A DNA stretch of 29,962 nucleotides, taken from the IMG/VR virus record IMGVR_UViG_3300020269_000031, positions 1-29,962 of that record; one strand, written 5' to 3'. The translations under genes and the position numbers were made by a program. Below the pieces are notes generated by a model. The model made no database searches. It was not told where the DNA came from and saw only the letters and a list, made by a program, of their open reading frames with translations. The DNA comes from a virus. Its lineage: Duplodnaviria; Caudoviricetes. This document shows positions 8,686 to 18,542 of the stretch, one piece after another (the stretch's first letter is position 1; each line of letters starts with the position of its first letter).

Positions 8686-9396
8686 ATGGCTACTAACATT
8701 AGCGTCGAATACGACCTCCCACTACCTAACGATTACATGGTAGACCATGCTTTTACAGATGGTAAAACACGTAAGTCCACATACGATGGACCAGATAAGA
8801 TTTGGTTACAGATTGGTGCAGACGGCACAGAAAAAGCTGGACCTTTAAACGAAGACGATATATTAGATGGTCGTCCAATGCCAGCAGACGTAGTTGAGTG
8901 GTATGAAGTTGATTGTGCAACTAACCCACTTATATGTCAGTTAAGAGGCATGCCTATTGACGAGAAGGAAGAAGATTATACTGACAGTGCTGTTTGTTCA
9001 ATCACTCCTGCAGTATCTGGATATCCTCAGTGTACATATGGAACACCATTAATGCCTGGTGATATCTATGATAGAGATAGTGTTAAAGTTGTAGGTGGTA
9101 CTGTTACTATTCAACCATTCACTGCGATTGGTAAGTTACTTGACAGAGAGACTGATCTTACTTGGGATGACATTAGAAAGCATAGAAATAATGCTCTTCA
9201 AGCATGTGATGGTAAGGTTACAGAAGATATGCCAACTGATCTTAAGGATAAGTGGAAGACATATCGCCAGAAGTTAAGAGACTTCCCTGCTACAATGGCA
9301 GCAGCAAGTGTTACACCTAATGGTGCATACTACATGATGCCATTATCACCTGACGATGAGGTTCTTCCAACAGATGGTGGATTAGCTATTGCTTAA
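8686..9396 (+). CDS. Tail fibre assembly chaperone-domain protein
   Basis: C-terminal WDDIRKHRNNALQACD......D.P......W..YRQKLRDFP is the signature of phage tail assembly chaperones; the acidic N-terminal extension carries several Cys. Confidence 0.8.
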   Translation: MATNISVEYDLPLPNDYMVDHAFTDGKTRKSTYDGPDKIWLQIGADGTEKAGPLNEDDILDGRPMPADVVEWYEVDCATNPLICQLRGMPIDEKEEDYTDSAVCSITPAVSGYPQCTYGTPLMPGDIYDRDSVKVVGGTVTIQPFTAIGKLLDRETDLTWDDIRKHRNNALQACDGKVTEDMPTDLKDKWKTYRQKLRDFPATMAAASVTPNGAYYMMPLSPDDEVLPTDGGLAIA

Positions 9397-9413
9397 TTGC
9401 TTTTAATTAAATT

Positions 9414-9956
9414 ATGAATGAAAAATTTAAGATTTATAAATTTGATTATATAAAAGAAAACCAAGCAGAGATTATAAAGGTGGCATCAGATTGCCACCGT
9501 TCTCTGGTAGAAGACGGATTCGGGGACACAACCTGGAGTTATTATTTGTATAATATCTTCAGTGTCACCAGTCCGTCTATTCATTTCTGGAATATTTTTA
9601 AACACTTAAGGGGTATTATTAAAGAGAATGTACCAGATGAGAGGTGTTGGTTCCAAGCATGGTTAAATTTTCATGACCATGATCAGGTTTTAGATTGGCA
9701 TAATCATTCCGCACCTTGGCATGGTTACATTGCATTAGAACCACAGGACACTACAACAGAATTTGGTGACTGGGAAGTTAAGAATGAGACAGGTAATATT
9801 TATTTCGGTAGAGGGAACGTTCGTCATAGAGTGGTGAATGATTCCTACTATACAGGTAAGAGACTTACTATTGGGTATGATGTGATACCTGAGAGTACGT
9901 TTGATAATCCAACTGTAAGAGCAACCAAACAATATGGTGCTATGCCCTTGCTATAG
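9414..9956 (+). CDS. Putative 2OG-Fe(II) oxygenase-like protein
   Basis: AWLN...WHNH...HGY...HRV...RLTIGYD pattern: HxH, distal His and terminal Arg strand. Confidence 0.65.
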   Translation: MNEKFKIYKFDYIKENQAEIIKVASDCHRSLVEDGFGDTTWSYYLYNIFSVTSPSIHFWNIFKHLRGIIKENVPDERCWFQAWLNFHDHDQVLDWHNHSAPWHGYIALEPQDTTTEFGDWEVKNETGNIYFGRGNVRHRVVNDSYYTGKRLTIGYDVIPESTFDNPTVRATKQYGAMPLL

Positions 9957-9982
9957 TTGACAGAATCCTCTATAATATAGTG

Positions 9983-9990
9983 GATAAATA
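9983..9990 (+). promoter_or_regulatory. T4-type late promoter (GATAAATA)
   Basis: Intergenic, upstream of the GGAG RBS and ATG 10034. Confidence 0.65.
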
Positions 9991-10033
9991 AAAGAAAGTT
10001 AATCATTTAAGATTATTATTTGGAGTATATGCA

Positions 10034-11206
10034 ATGAGATCGAAGGCGTTTTTTGTTAATGGTGGAGCAGGTAGAGTCATCTCCTCCATCCCTGCGTTTG
10101 AAAAATATGCAGAAACTCATGATGATTTTGTAATTATATGTGAGGGAGGGACTGATTTCTTTAAGGGTCATCCAACATTAGATGGTAAAGTATATGATAA
10201 CTGGCATAAGAATTTATTTCAAACAGAATTAAAGCATCGTGATATAGTAACTACAGAACCATATAGAGTTTGGGAATATTATAATCAGAAGTGTAGTCTT
10301 GCACAGGCATATGATATTCAAATCAATGAGTTAGATGAACCAAGAGAACTTCCAGTTCCTAGAGTTGAACTAGCAAAGATGGAAGCAATCCAAGGGTTCA
10401 ACGCAGTAGAAGAAGTAAAGAAAGGAACTGGTAAGGATAAAGTATTAGTAGTTCAACCTTTTGGTAGATCAGTTGAGCAGGTTGGTGATGATTTTATTGC
10501 TGATATTACATCACGCAGTTTTCCTTTGAATGCTATTGTTGAAATTATTAATGAACTTAAGAAGGATTATGGTGTTATTGTAATGAGTGAGATTCATTTT
10601 CCACTTGAGGAGAATGAAGAGAAGGCAAAGATAAAGGTTGCAAGACCACAGATTCAGGACATGAGATTATGGGCTGGTATTATTAATGCAGCAGATCACT
10701 TCTTAGGATGTGATAGTATGGGTCAGCATCTTGCTAGGGCATTTGGTAAGACTGCTACAGTTGTAACTGGATCAACATTCCCAATTAATATATCTTATCC
10801 TGACTGTAAGGATTTTGATATCATTGATGTAGGAGAAGGTAGGAGACAGTACTCACCTATTAGACTTACTACTGATGAGAGAGTTGATCGTTATAATGAT
10901 CAATCAATGGAACTTGACAAAGATCAGATAAGATCTATACTTACTTCTGTTCGTAAGAGAATGGGTAAGTCAACTGCTTATACCAATTATAACAAGTCTT
11001 CTGCACCAAAGAGCAGTAATGATTGCTGTGCTCCAAACATGGGCATGGGTGGTGGAGGTGCTGGTGATGCTAGTGGTGTACCCAAAGGAACTACGAGACC
11101 ACAATTGAAACCATCATCATCTAAAGGATTTATGGCAGACGTGAAGAATGCATCTCAAAAGAAAGTAGAAGGTCAAGTACAGGATATTTTAAAGAATCTT
11201 AAGTGA
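10034..11206 (+). CDS. GT-B glycosyltransferase, GT9 (heptosyltransferase)-like
   Basis: N-terminal GGAGRVI..IPA and C-terminal IINAADHFLGCDSMGQHLARAFGKTATVVTGST resemble the GT9 motif (I..AD.FIG.DSG..HLA.A.G.P....G.T). Confidence 0.7.
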   Translation: MRSKAFFVNGGAGRVISSIPAFEKYAETHDDFVIICEGGTDFFKGHPTLDGKVYDNWHKNLFQTELKHRDIVTTEPYRVWEYYNQKCSLAQAYDIQINELDEPRELPVPRVELAKMEAIQGFNAVEEVKKGTGKDKVLVVQPFGRSVEQVGDDFIADITSRSFPLNAIVEIINELKKDYGVIVMSEIHFPLEENEEKAKIKVARPQIQDMRLWAGIINAADHFLGCDSMGQHLARAFGKTATVVTGSTFPINISYPDCKDFDIIDVGEGRRQYSPIRLTTDERVDRYNDQSMELDKDQIRSILTSVRKRMGKSTAYTNYNKSSAPKSSNDCCAPNMGMGGGGAGDASGVPKGTTRPQLKPSSSKGFMADVKNASQKKVEGQVQDILKNLK

Positions 11207-11216
11207 GGATTATATA

Positions 11217-13013
11217 ATGACTCAATGGATTGCAGCTCTTGCTAGAGGGCATAACTCTGGTGTATGTTTACTTAAAGATGGTGAGATAGTATTCTCTACT
11301 GAGGAAGAGAGATTCTCTAGGAACAAGTATGATGGTGGACCTTATGCCTCTATGGTTAAGATCTTAGATTATACTGATCATATTGATTACCTTGTGATTG
11401 CTCACACTCAACCTTTAAGTGATGCTGGTAAGGTAGATTTTACTGGAGAAGATGTTTATACAGGATTTGCTAGGAAGTTAGGTTTAATTGATCGTAAAGC
11501 AAATAGTTATGAGCATCCTCAAGTTATAGATCTTAGTAGAACACACCATAAACTTCATGCTGCATGTGCATTCTATCGTTCTGGATTTGAATCTGCAGTA
11601 GCAGTTGTAGTAGATGGTGCAGGTACTTTTGTTCCAATGAATATTGGTAGTCAAGAACCTGAGATGACATGGGAACTTGAGTCTTTGTTTACTTGTGATT
11701 ACCCATCAGAATTTAAAACAATCTATAAGCACATGGCAGGTAGAGGACCGTGGGGTTCTGCACATATACCTGAGATGGATAGTGAAGGTGAAGGTGAAGA
11801 AGGAACTCATGAACTATACTTAGATGAGAGTGCTGGTATTGTTAAGGCATACGAAGCAGTAACACAGTATTGTGGATGGGCTCCTATTGAAGCAGGTAAA
11901 ACTATGGGGTTGTTCCCCTATGGTGAACCTAATGATAAGGTTCCAACAATTTATACTGATGGTGGTGGAGGTGCATGGAAGACCTCTGATCGTAATGTTA
12001 TTGTTCCTACTTATCCTAATGGTGCTGTAGTTAATGAAGGTAGATATGAATATCTTAGAACACCACCTAACACTGAAGATTTAACTAAACTTCAGAACCG
12101 TAGAGATGTTGCATATGCTATTCAAACAGAGTCCCAGCAGATGGTTCTTGATTTGATTCGTAAGGCAGTTGAGATGACTGGTAATAAGAATGTAGTATTG
12201 TCTGGTGGATATGGATTAAATTGTGTTGCAAATTATTGGTATCTTGAACAGTTAAAAGATGAAGATATTAATTTGTTTGTTGAACCAGTAAGTAATGATG
12301 CTGGTACTGCTCTTGGAGCAGCATTATATGTGCATCATCAAGTAAATGAAGACAGTGTAATTAAGAATAGGATAACAAATTTATATACTGGTCCTACATA
12401 TAACTATACAACAGAAGATATATCTGAGTCTTGCCAGAAGTGGGGTGTTACTAATGTAACTAATGCATCTTATAGTGATGTAGTTAAACTCATTAGTGAT
12501 AAGAATATTGTTGCAATGTTCCAAGGATCATCTGAAGCAGGTCCAAGAGCACTTGGTAATCGTTCTATTTTATATGATCCTCGTGATCCAGATGGTAAGG
12601 ATCATGTTAATAATGTTAAGCACCGTGAATACTTCAGACCATTTGCAGGTTCTATTCTAAAAGAACATGTACATGAGTGGTTTGATCTTCGTGGTATGGA
12701 AGACACTCCGTTCATGATGTATGCTGTGAAGTGTCAACCAGGAATTGAAGAGAAGATTCCTTCCATCATTCATGTTGATGGTACTTGTCGTATCCAAACT
12801 GTAACTGAAGACGTTAACCCCCATTACTATGGACTCATCCAAGAATTCTTTGAACAGACTGGTTGCCCTATCATCTTTAATACTTCCTTTAATTTGGGTG
12901 GAGAACCTTTGGTTGAAACACTCGATGATGCGTTACGGACTCTTGCTAATAGTGATATTGAGTATTTGTATCTTCCTGAATACGATCTATTAATAGAGGT
13001 TAAAAATCAATGA
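11217..13013 (+). CDS. Carbamoyltransferase (NodU/CmcH/TobZ family)
   Basis: GHNSG...EEERFSR.K, HH.LHA, VVDG.G, GK.MGL, SGG..LNCVAN, DAG.ALGAA, E.GPRALGNRS, RE.FRPFA, HVDGT.R.QTV, NTSFN..GEPLV. Confidence 0.93.
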   Translation: MTQWIAALARGHNSGVCLLKDGEIVFSTEEERFSRNKYDGGPYASMVKILDYTDHIDYLVIAHTQPLSDAGKVDFTGEDVYTGFARKLGLIDRKANSYEHPQVIDLSRTHHKLHAACAFYRSGFESAVAVVVDGAGTFVPMNIGSQEPEMTWELESLFTCDYPSEFKTIYKHMAGRGPWGSAHIPEMDSEGEGEEGTHELYLDESAGIVKAYEAVTQYCGWAPIEAGKTMGLFPYGEPNDKVPTIYTDGGGGAWKTSDRNVIVPTYPNGAVVNEGRYEYLRTPPNTEDLTKLQNRRDVAYAIQTESQQMVLDLIRKAVEMTGNKNVVLSGGYGLNCVANYWYLEQLKDEDINLFVEPVSNDAGTALGAALYVHHQVNEDSVIKNRITNLYTGPTYNYTTEDISESCQKWGVTNVTNASYSDVVKLISDKNIVAMFQGSSEAGPRALGNRSILYDPRDPDGKDHVNNVKHREYFRPFAGSILKEHVHEWFDLRGMEDTPFMMYAVKCQPGIEEKIPSIIHVDGTCRIQTVTEDVNPHYYGLIQEFFEQTGCPIIFNTSFNLGGEPLVETLDDALRTLANSDIEYLYLPEYDLLIEVKNQ

Positions 13014-13663
13014 TCCATATTGATTGCACTAAAGAAGCATTAAATTTTGCTAAGTATGATCTTGCAGAAGATGAGATATTTGTTATTGATAATCTATTCC
13101 CTTGGTGGTTTGTAGAACATTTAGATAAAACTATATTGCATGGATTTGGATGGCAGTATGGATTGTGTAGTAGTAATAAAACTAATCCAGATGGTACACT
13201 AGATATGGATTATGATAAAGGTGCAGATCTTAGTTTAGAAGTACCATGTTTTAAACAATCAATTTATCCACCAAGATCAGAGTCTCATTCGGATAGTGCA
13301 TATCAAATGCTATTCAATGCAGTTACTAAGACTATTCCTTTTGACTTAGAGTTGGGTGAAGTATTAGTTAATGGTCAACAGTATATACATGATACTGTTA
13401 TACATACTGACTGCAACTGTGATAATGGACTTAGTTGGATTTACTATGTTAATAAAAGATGGGAAGATAAATGGGGAGGTCCAACAATAGTTGAATTTAA
13501 TGGTGAGAGTGTAGAGATACTTCCTTCACCAGGAAGAATTGCCTTTTTTAAAGGCAATATTCCTCATAGAGGAGCACCCCCTAATGGTGATCACTATCAT
13601 GGATTGAGGGCAACCTTAGTCTATAAAACAATGCGTAAGAATCCTTTGCCCCCAAGAACATGA
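13010..13663 (+). CDS. 2OG-Fe(II) oxygenase (prolyl-hydroxylase-like)
   Basis: HTD...IYYVN..W...WGG...PGRI..F.G.IPHRG...R pattern; ATGA-coupled on both sides. Confidence 0.85.
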   Translation: MIHIDCTKEALNFAKYDLAEDEIFVIDNLFPWWFVEHLDKTILHGFGWQYGLCSSNKTNPDGTLDMDYDKGADLSLEVPCFKQSIYPPRSESHSDSAYQMLFNAVTKTIPFDLELGEVLVNGQQYIHDTVIHTDCNCDNGLSWIYYVNKRWEDKWGGPTIVEFNGESVEILPSPGRIAFFKGNIPHRGAPPNGDHYHGLRATLVYKTMRKNPLPPRT

Positions 13664-15120
13664 TTAATAGATTTGTAATTGTCGGAGGTGGAACCTCTGG
13701 ATGGTTAACTGCTATGTCTCTTTTTAGAGAGATGAATACTGCTCACATATATCTTATTGATAAAGCTGTAGGTGACTCTGTAGGTGTTGGTGAAGCAACC
13801 CTATTAGGTTTTGATGAGTTTATGTCTGGGTATTGTGAGTTTGAAGAGAAGGAATGGAAAAAAGAATTGGATGCAGTACCAAAAGCAGGTATATTATTTC
13901 CAGGTTGGGGTAAAGAATTAGATCAAATTTGGCATCCATTTTATTTTCCTAGAGTTAAAGACGTACCTTTATGGGATGCTCTCTCACATACAGATGAGAA
14001 TATTCGTAACTATCTTCCTTTGTATGATACTAGTATGAATGATAAGGTTGATGAAGAGGATATTGGATCTTATGCATGGCATGTTGACTGTGGTAAGTTA
14101 GTTACTTACATAAAGAAATTTTTAGAATCAAACTGTCTTACGTTCTCATATATTGAAGGTGAGGTTTCAACTATTAATAGGTGGGAAGATGGTAGTATTC
14201 GTAGTGTAGTTTGTAAGCATGGTGAAGAGATTGAGGGTGATGTTTTCTTTGATTGTACTGGGTTTAAGAGTATTCTTAAAGAACATAGAGATAGGGTAGA
14301 TTTAAAGGGTCGTTTGTTTGTTGATACTGCTGTTGCTGGACATGTACCATACTTAGAAGAGGGTGATTGTAAGTGTAAGGGTGGAACTAATTCTGAGAAG
14401 CATCCTTATGTTTCATGTCCTGTTACAGATCATGGTTGGATATGGAAGATACCTTTACAGTCTAGAATAGGATCTGGTATGGTATTTAATAGAGAGATAA
14501 CTGATCCTGAAGAAGCAAAGCAATACTTTGTAGATTATTGGGATGGTAGAGTTGATAAGGACTCCTTAAAAATTATTGATTGGCATCCATATTATGATAG
14601 GAATATTTGGGATAAGAATGTTATCTCTATTGGATTAGCTGCTGGGTTTATTGAACCTTTAGAGAGTACAGGAGTTGCTTTAATCATTGAAGGTGTAGTT
14701 AAAGCTGTGGAGATACTTCGAGGAAGATATTTTAATAACTTTGATATTGATATTTACAATGCATATTTAATCAATTTGTTTGAGAATTGTGCTGATTTTG
14801 TATCAATGCATTATGATTTGAGTACACATCAATCACCCTTCTGGGATTATGTAAGAGATACTTTTGAACCATCTGATTATTGTAGGTTGTTCCAAGATAA
14901 TATTAGTAGTCCACAAACATCAATCATTGATGGTAAACCTGGTATGTTTGGTGGATCTAATTGGCTTTATTGGATGCTTCAAATGGGTTATCCTAAAGCA
15001 GTAAAGTCTGAACCAGATCCTCATACAGCAATAAATATAATGGACATTTATAAATTTGAGACTAACAATAAACTTGAAGAGGCTCCTCCTATATCATTAA
15101 ATGAATACCTTAGTAAATGA
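13660..15120 (+). CDS. prnA: Flavin-dependent halogenase, tryptophan halogenase (PrnA) family, copy 1
   Basis: IVGGGTSGW FAD motif, GVGEAT, K.GI.F..W (catalytic Lys position), DCTGF, GWIWKIP, G.AAGFIEPLESTG. Confidence 0.88.
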   Translation: MINRFVIVGGGTSGWLTAMSLFREMNTAHIYLIDKAVGDSVGVGEATLLGFDEFMSGYCEFEEKEWKKELDAVPKAGILFPGWGKELDQIWHPFYFPRVKDVPLWDALSHTDENIRNYLPLYDTSMNDKVDEEDIGSYAWHVDCGKLVTYIKKFLESNCLTFSYIEGEVSTINRWEDGSIRSVVCKHGEEIEGDVFFDCTGFKSILKEHRDRVDLKGRLFVDTAVAGHVPYLEEGDCKCKGGTNSEKHPYVSCPVTDHGWIWKIPLQSRIGSGMVFNREITDPEEAKQYFVDYWDGRVDKDSLKIIDWHPYYDRNIWDKNVISIGLAAGFIEPLESTGVALIIEGVVKAVEILRGRYFNNFDIDIYNAYLINLFENCADFVSMHYDLSTHQSPFWDYVRDTFEPSDYCRLFQDNISSPQTSIIDGKPGMFGGSNWLYWMLQMGYPKAVKSEPDPHTAINIMDIYKFETNNKLEEAPPISLNEYLSK

Positions 15121-16489
15121 TATTGTTATAGTTGGTGGTGGATCTTCTGGTTGGTTAGCTGCTGCTTCTATATCTAATAGGATACCAGGTGTTAATGTAA
15201 CTTTGGTTGATAAAGAGGAACCAGAGATTGTAGGTGTTGGAGAGGCAACCTTACTAGGTTTTGCTGGGTTCATGAATGATTGTGGTTTCGATCATCGTGA
15301 GTGGATGAATGCAACTGATGCAGTAATAAAAGTTGGTATACTATTTCCTGATTGGGGAGAAGATGGTACTAATATATGGCATCCATTCTTCTTTTTTGGA
15401 GGAGAGGAACCAATGGTTGATGTTTGGTCTAATTATCAGGACATACCTTTCCATAGAACACTACCTGTTTATGAGTCTGTAGCAAGGAATAGAATTAATA
15501 TCCATAAGATGGATTCATATGCATTGCATATTGATTGTGGTAAGTTAGTTCAGTACATATCTAATAAGATTAAGGATAGAGTTACTGTTATTAACTCAAC
15601 TGTCGAATCTTTTAAGGATAATACTCTTCGACTTAGGAATGGTAATGATGTAAAAGCAGATCTCTTTATAGATTGCACAGGATTTAAAAGACTTTTAAAG
15701 GATACTGATAAATTAGATTTAACTGACCGTCTGTATGTTGATACAGCAGTTGCAGGACATATCCCTTACACTAATAAGGATGAACAGTTACATCCATATA
15801 CTGCATGTACTAATGTAGATCATGGTTGGATATGGGATACACCTTTACGTACTAGGATTGGTTCTGGTTTGGTATTTAATAGATCGGTTACTGATATTAA
15901 TGAAGCAAAGGAATCTCTTTGTAAGTTTTGGAATGGAGTAGTTAGTCCAGACGATTTAAAAGTAATTGATTGGACTCCTTTTTACGATAAAAAACCGTGG
16001 GATAATAAAGTAGTATCTGTTGGTTTATCTGCTGGTTTTATTGAACCACTTGAGAGTACAGGTATTGCTTTGACTCTAGAGGAGATAGATCATTTAGTTG
16101 ATACTTTAAAAGGTCGTTACTATCATGATCATGACATTGATTTATATAATATTGTAGTGAAGAATCTTTTTGAGACTGCTGTGGATTTTGTAAATATGCA
16201 TTACTCCAATCCTAATAAAGATAGTAAGTTCTGGAGATATGTTAAAGATAATTATAAAATGTCGGAGACTCAACAGATATTTTTAGATAATATGAAGAGG
16301 AGTAATGAACCATCCTTTATGGAGACTAAGGGGTTTGTATTTGGTGGATCTAATTGGATACATTGGTTAGTTCAACTTGGGTTCCCAATAGAACCAAAGA
16401 CTTATACAAAGTTTGATAAGAATTCTATTCCAAATTTTACTGATGATGGATATATAACTCATGCAGAATTTGAGGAGATGTATCTATAA
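15101..16489 (+). CDS. prnA: Flavin-dependent halogenase, PrnA family, copy 2
   Basis: IVGGGSSGW, GVGEAT, KVGILFPDW, FIDCTGF, GWIWDTP, GLSAGFIEPLESTG. Confidence 0.88.
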   Translation: MNTLVNDIVIVGGGSSGWLAAASISNRIPGVNVTLVDKEEPEIVGVGEATLLGFAGFMNDCGFDHREWMNATDAVIKVGILFPDWGEDGTNIWHPFFFFGGEEPMVDVWSNYQDIPFHRTLPVYESVARNRINIHKMDSYALHIDCGKLVQYISNKIKDRVTVINSTVESFKDNTLRLRNGNDVKADLFIDCTGFKRLLKDTDKLDLTDRLYVDTAVAGHIPYTNKDEQLHPYTACTNVDHGWIWDTPLRTRIGSGLVFNRSVTDINEAKESLCKFWNGVVSPDDLKVIDWTPFYDKKPWDNKVVSVGLSAGFIEPLESTGIALTLEEIDHLVDTLKGRYYHDHDIDLYNIVVKNLFETAVDFVNMHYSNPNKDSKFWRYVKDNYKMSETQQIFLDNMKRSNEPSFMETKGFVFGGSNWIHWLVQLGFPIEPKTYTKFDKNSIPNFTDDGYITHAEFEEMYL

Positions 16490-17016
16490 TGAGGAAAGAT
16501 TTATTTGCTATACCTATCTTTGAAGATAAGGTTGATCTAAATAAAATTCACATAGAGAATGGTGAATATCATCCAACATGGGACAGTGAAATCCATACAA
16601 GTTTTGGGTCTGATACAGACATACCTTCTGAGACTTGGGAACATATAATGGAGGTTGTTACTAGGAATATTCAAACCATTCAGTGTTCGTATTCTAATGC
16701 ACGGATTGACAGTCTATGGAGAAACGTATATACTGAGAGCGATTACCAAGAACTCCATATTCATCCTAATAATCAATGGAGTTTTATAATATATGAATCT
16801 GTACCAGTCTCAAAGACTGTGTTACATAATCCTTCTTTTAAGGATATACAGAATCATATGTCACAAGCAGGGTTACCAGATTTTCCTTTGGATTATAAAC
16901 CTCAGTTGGAATCTGGTAGTATATTAATTTTCCCATCATTTATTATGCACAGCGTTTTGCATGGTACTAAAGGTACAACCATAGCAGGAAACATTAAACT
17001 AACTTACCAACCATGA
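16489..17016 (+). CDS. Putative 2OG-Fe(II) oxygenase
   Basis: LFAIPIF start, W.N.Y....YQE.HIHP...WS..., G.ILIFPS...HSV, IAGN. Confidence 0.8.
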   Translation: MRKDLFAIPIFEDKVDLNKIHIENGEYHPTWDSEIHTSFGSDTDIPSETWEHIMEVVTRNIQTIQCSYSNARIDSLWRNVYTESDYQELHIHPNNQWSFIIYESVPVSKTVLHNPSFKDIQNHMSQAGLPDFPLDYKPQLESGSILIFPSFIMHSVLHGTKGTTIAGNIKLTYQP

Positions 17017-17450
17017 GTATAGGCAGACAATTCTACGTTCCATCTACTAAAGTATTTGTTAACGGTACATTTGATCTACTTCATCGTGGTCATATTGAGT
17101 TGCTTAACTATGCTAAGACATTAGGTGACAGAGTATACGTTGGTATTGATAGTGATAGACGGGTATCCGAAATGAAGGGTCCTTCTCGTCCCATATATAG
17201 TGTGGAGGATAGGAAATTCTTTCTTGAGAATTTAAAGGCAGTACATAGAGTAGCAGTCTTTGATAGTGATACTCAGTTAGCAGCAATGGTTGAGTTTATA
17301 AAACCACATGTCATGGTTGTTGGATCTGATTGGAAGAATAAGTCTGTAATAGGATCTATGTCTGCTGCTAAGTTAGTATTCTTTGATAGAGTTAGTGATT
17401 ATGCAACAACAAAAACAGTACAAAGTATTATTGATAGGAGAGACTTGTGA
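17013..17450 (+). CDS. hldC: Nucleotidyltransferase resembling the HldE/RfaE domain II (heptose-1-phosphate adenylyltransferase)
   Basis: VFVNGTFDLLHRGH (HxGH), VGIDSD..V...KG.SRP, V.GSDW and terminal ATT motif; adjacent to the kinase half and to hldD. Confidence 0.75.
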   Translation: MSIGRQFYVPSTKVFVNGTFDLLHRGHIELLNYAKTLGDRVYVGIDSDRRVSEMKGPSRPIYSVEDRKFFLENLKAVHRVAVFDSDTQLAAMVEFIKPHVMVVGSDWKNKSVIGSMSAAKLVFFDRVSDYATTKTVQSIIDRRDL

Positions 17451-18168
17451 AGATAGTTATATTTTTGGTACTGTAGATAGGATAAGTCCAGAAGCACCAG
17501 TTCCTGTAGTAAAACATGAAGAGACAGTTACTGTTCTTGGTATGTCTGAGAATGTTAAGAGGAATTTGCAATCGTTTGGGGTTCATGTAACTCACATTAC
17601 TAATAAGAAGTTGATAAAGAAGAAGAGAGTACTTGATAGTGTTAGTAAGCAACAGTTGGTTAGGATTGATGAAGATGATCATGTTGATCCAATAAAACCT
17701 GCTGAAGTTAAGATGGCATTTCTTACATCACAGTATGATGCTATTGTTATATCTGATTATGATAAAGGTTTTGTTACTATAGAAGATCTTATAACCTTTT
17801 GTAAGAATTTTACTGGACCAGTCTTTATAGATACTAAGAAGAAGGATTTATTTTCAGCACAAAATGTTATTTTTAAAATCAATCAAAGAGAAGCATCTAC
17901 TTTAAGGGTGCAACCTGATCCACATAATTTAATTACAACTGTAGGAGGTCAGGGTGCATGGTATATGGATAAACTATATCCTAGTGAGAATGTAAATGTA
18001 TTTGATGTTGTAGGTGCTGGTGATACATTCCTTGCTGCATTAGCTGCTGAATTTCTTAAGAATCATGACATGGAAGCATCAATTAAGATTGCTAATAAAG
18101 CATCTGCTATTGCCGTACAAAACTATGGATGTTATACTTTAACTGCTGAGGATATTAAATCACTATGA
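17401..18168 (+). CDS. hldA: PfkB-family kinase resembling the HldE/RfaE domain I (heptose-7-phosphate kinase)
   Basis: G.VDRISPEAPVPV, QQLVRID, ISDYDKG, DVVGAGDTF; start taken at ATG 17401. Confidence 0.8.
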   Translation: MQQQKQYKVLLIGETCEDSYIFGTVDRISPEAPVPVVKHEETVTVLGMSENVKRNLQSFGVHVTHITNKKLIKKKRVLDSVSKQQLVRIDEDDHVDPIKPAEVKMAFLTSQYDAIVISDYDKGFVTIEDLITFCKNFTGPVFIDTKKKDLFSAQNVIFKINQREASTLRVQPDPHNLITTVGGQGAWYMDKLYPSENVNVFDVVGAGDTFLAALAAEFLKNHDMEASIKIANKASAIAVQNYGCYTLTAEDIKSL

Positions 18169-18542
18169 GATATTGTATAGATATTGATGGAACTATCTGC
18201 ACACCTGGTGAGGGTTGTGGTACTTGTCAGTATGAAGGTGCTACTCCTAAGAAGGATAGAATAGAAGCGATCAATAAATTATATGATGAAGGACACTACA
18301 TTATATACTTTACTGCTCGTGCAATGGGTAGGAATAAAGATAAACCTCATGCAGAGGCAGCAGCAGTAGCAGATGATTTGTTGAGACCTCTTACTCAAGC
18401 ACAATTAAAGATGTGGGGTGTTAAATACCATGAATTACTTATGGGCAAACCACATGCAGATATTTTTATAGATGATAAAGCATCTCCTGACCATGTATTT
18501 TTTAAAGATACTCCTAGTAAGACAGGTGGGACTTGTTGGTAA
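18165..18542 (+). CDS. Small HAD-family phosphatase
   Basis: DIDGT motif I, FTAR motif II, GKP.AD.FIDDK motifs III/IV; candidate GmhB-equivalent from context only. Confidence 0.8.
   Translation: MRYCIDIDGTICTPGEGCGTCQYEGATPKKDRIEAINKLYDEGHYIIYFTARAMGRNKDKPHAEAAAVADDLLRPLTQAQLKMWGVKYHELLMGKPHADIFIDDKASPDHVFFKDTPSKTGGTCW

Noticed and set aside
9957-9976. Perfect TTGACA and TATAAT hexamers
   Set aside because: They are only 8 nt apart and no -10 element lies at 16-18 nt spacing, so this is not called a sigma70 promoter
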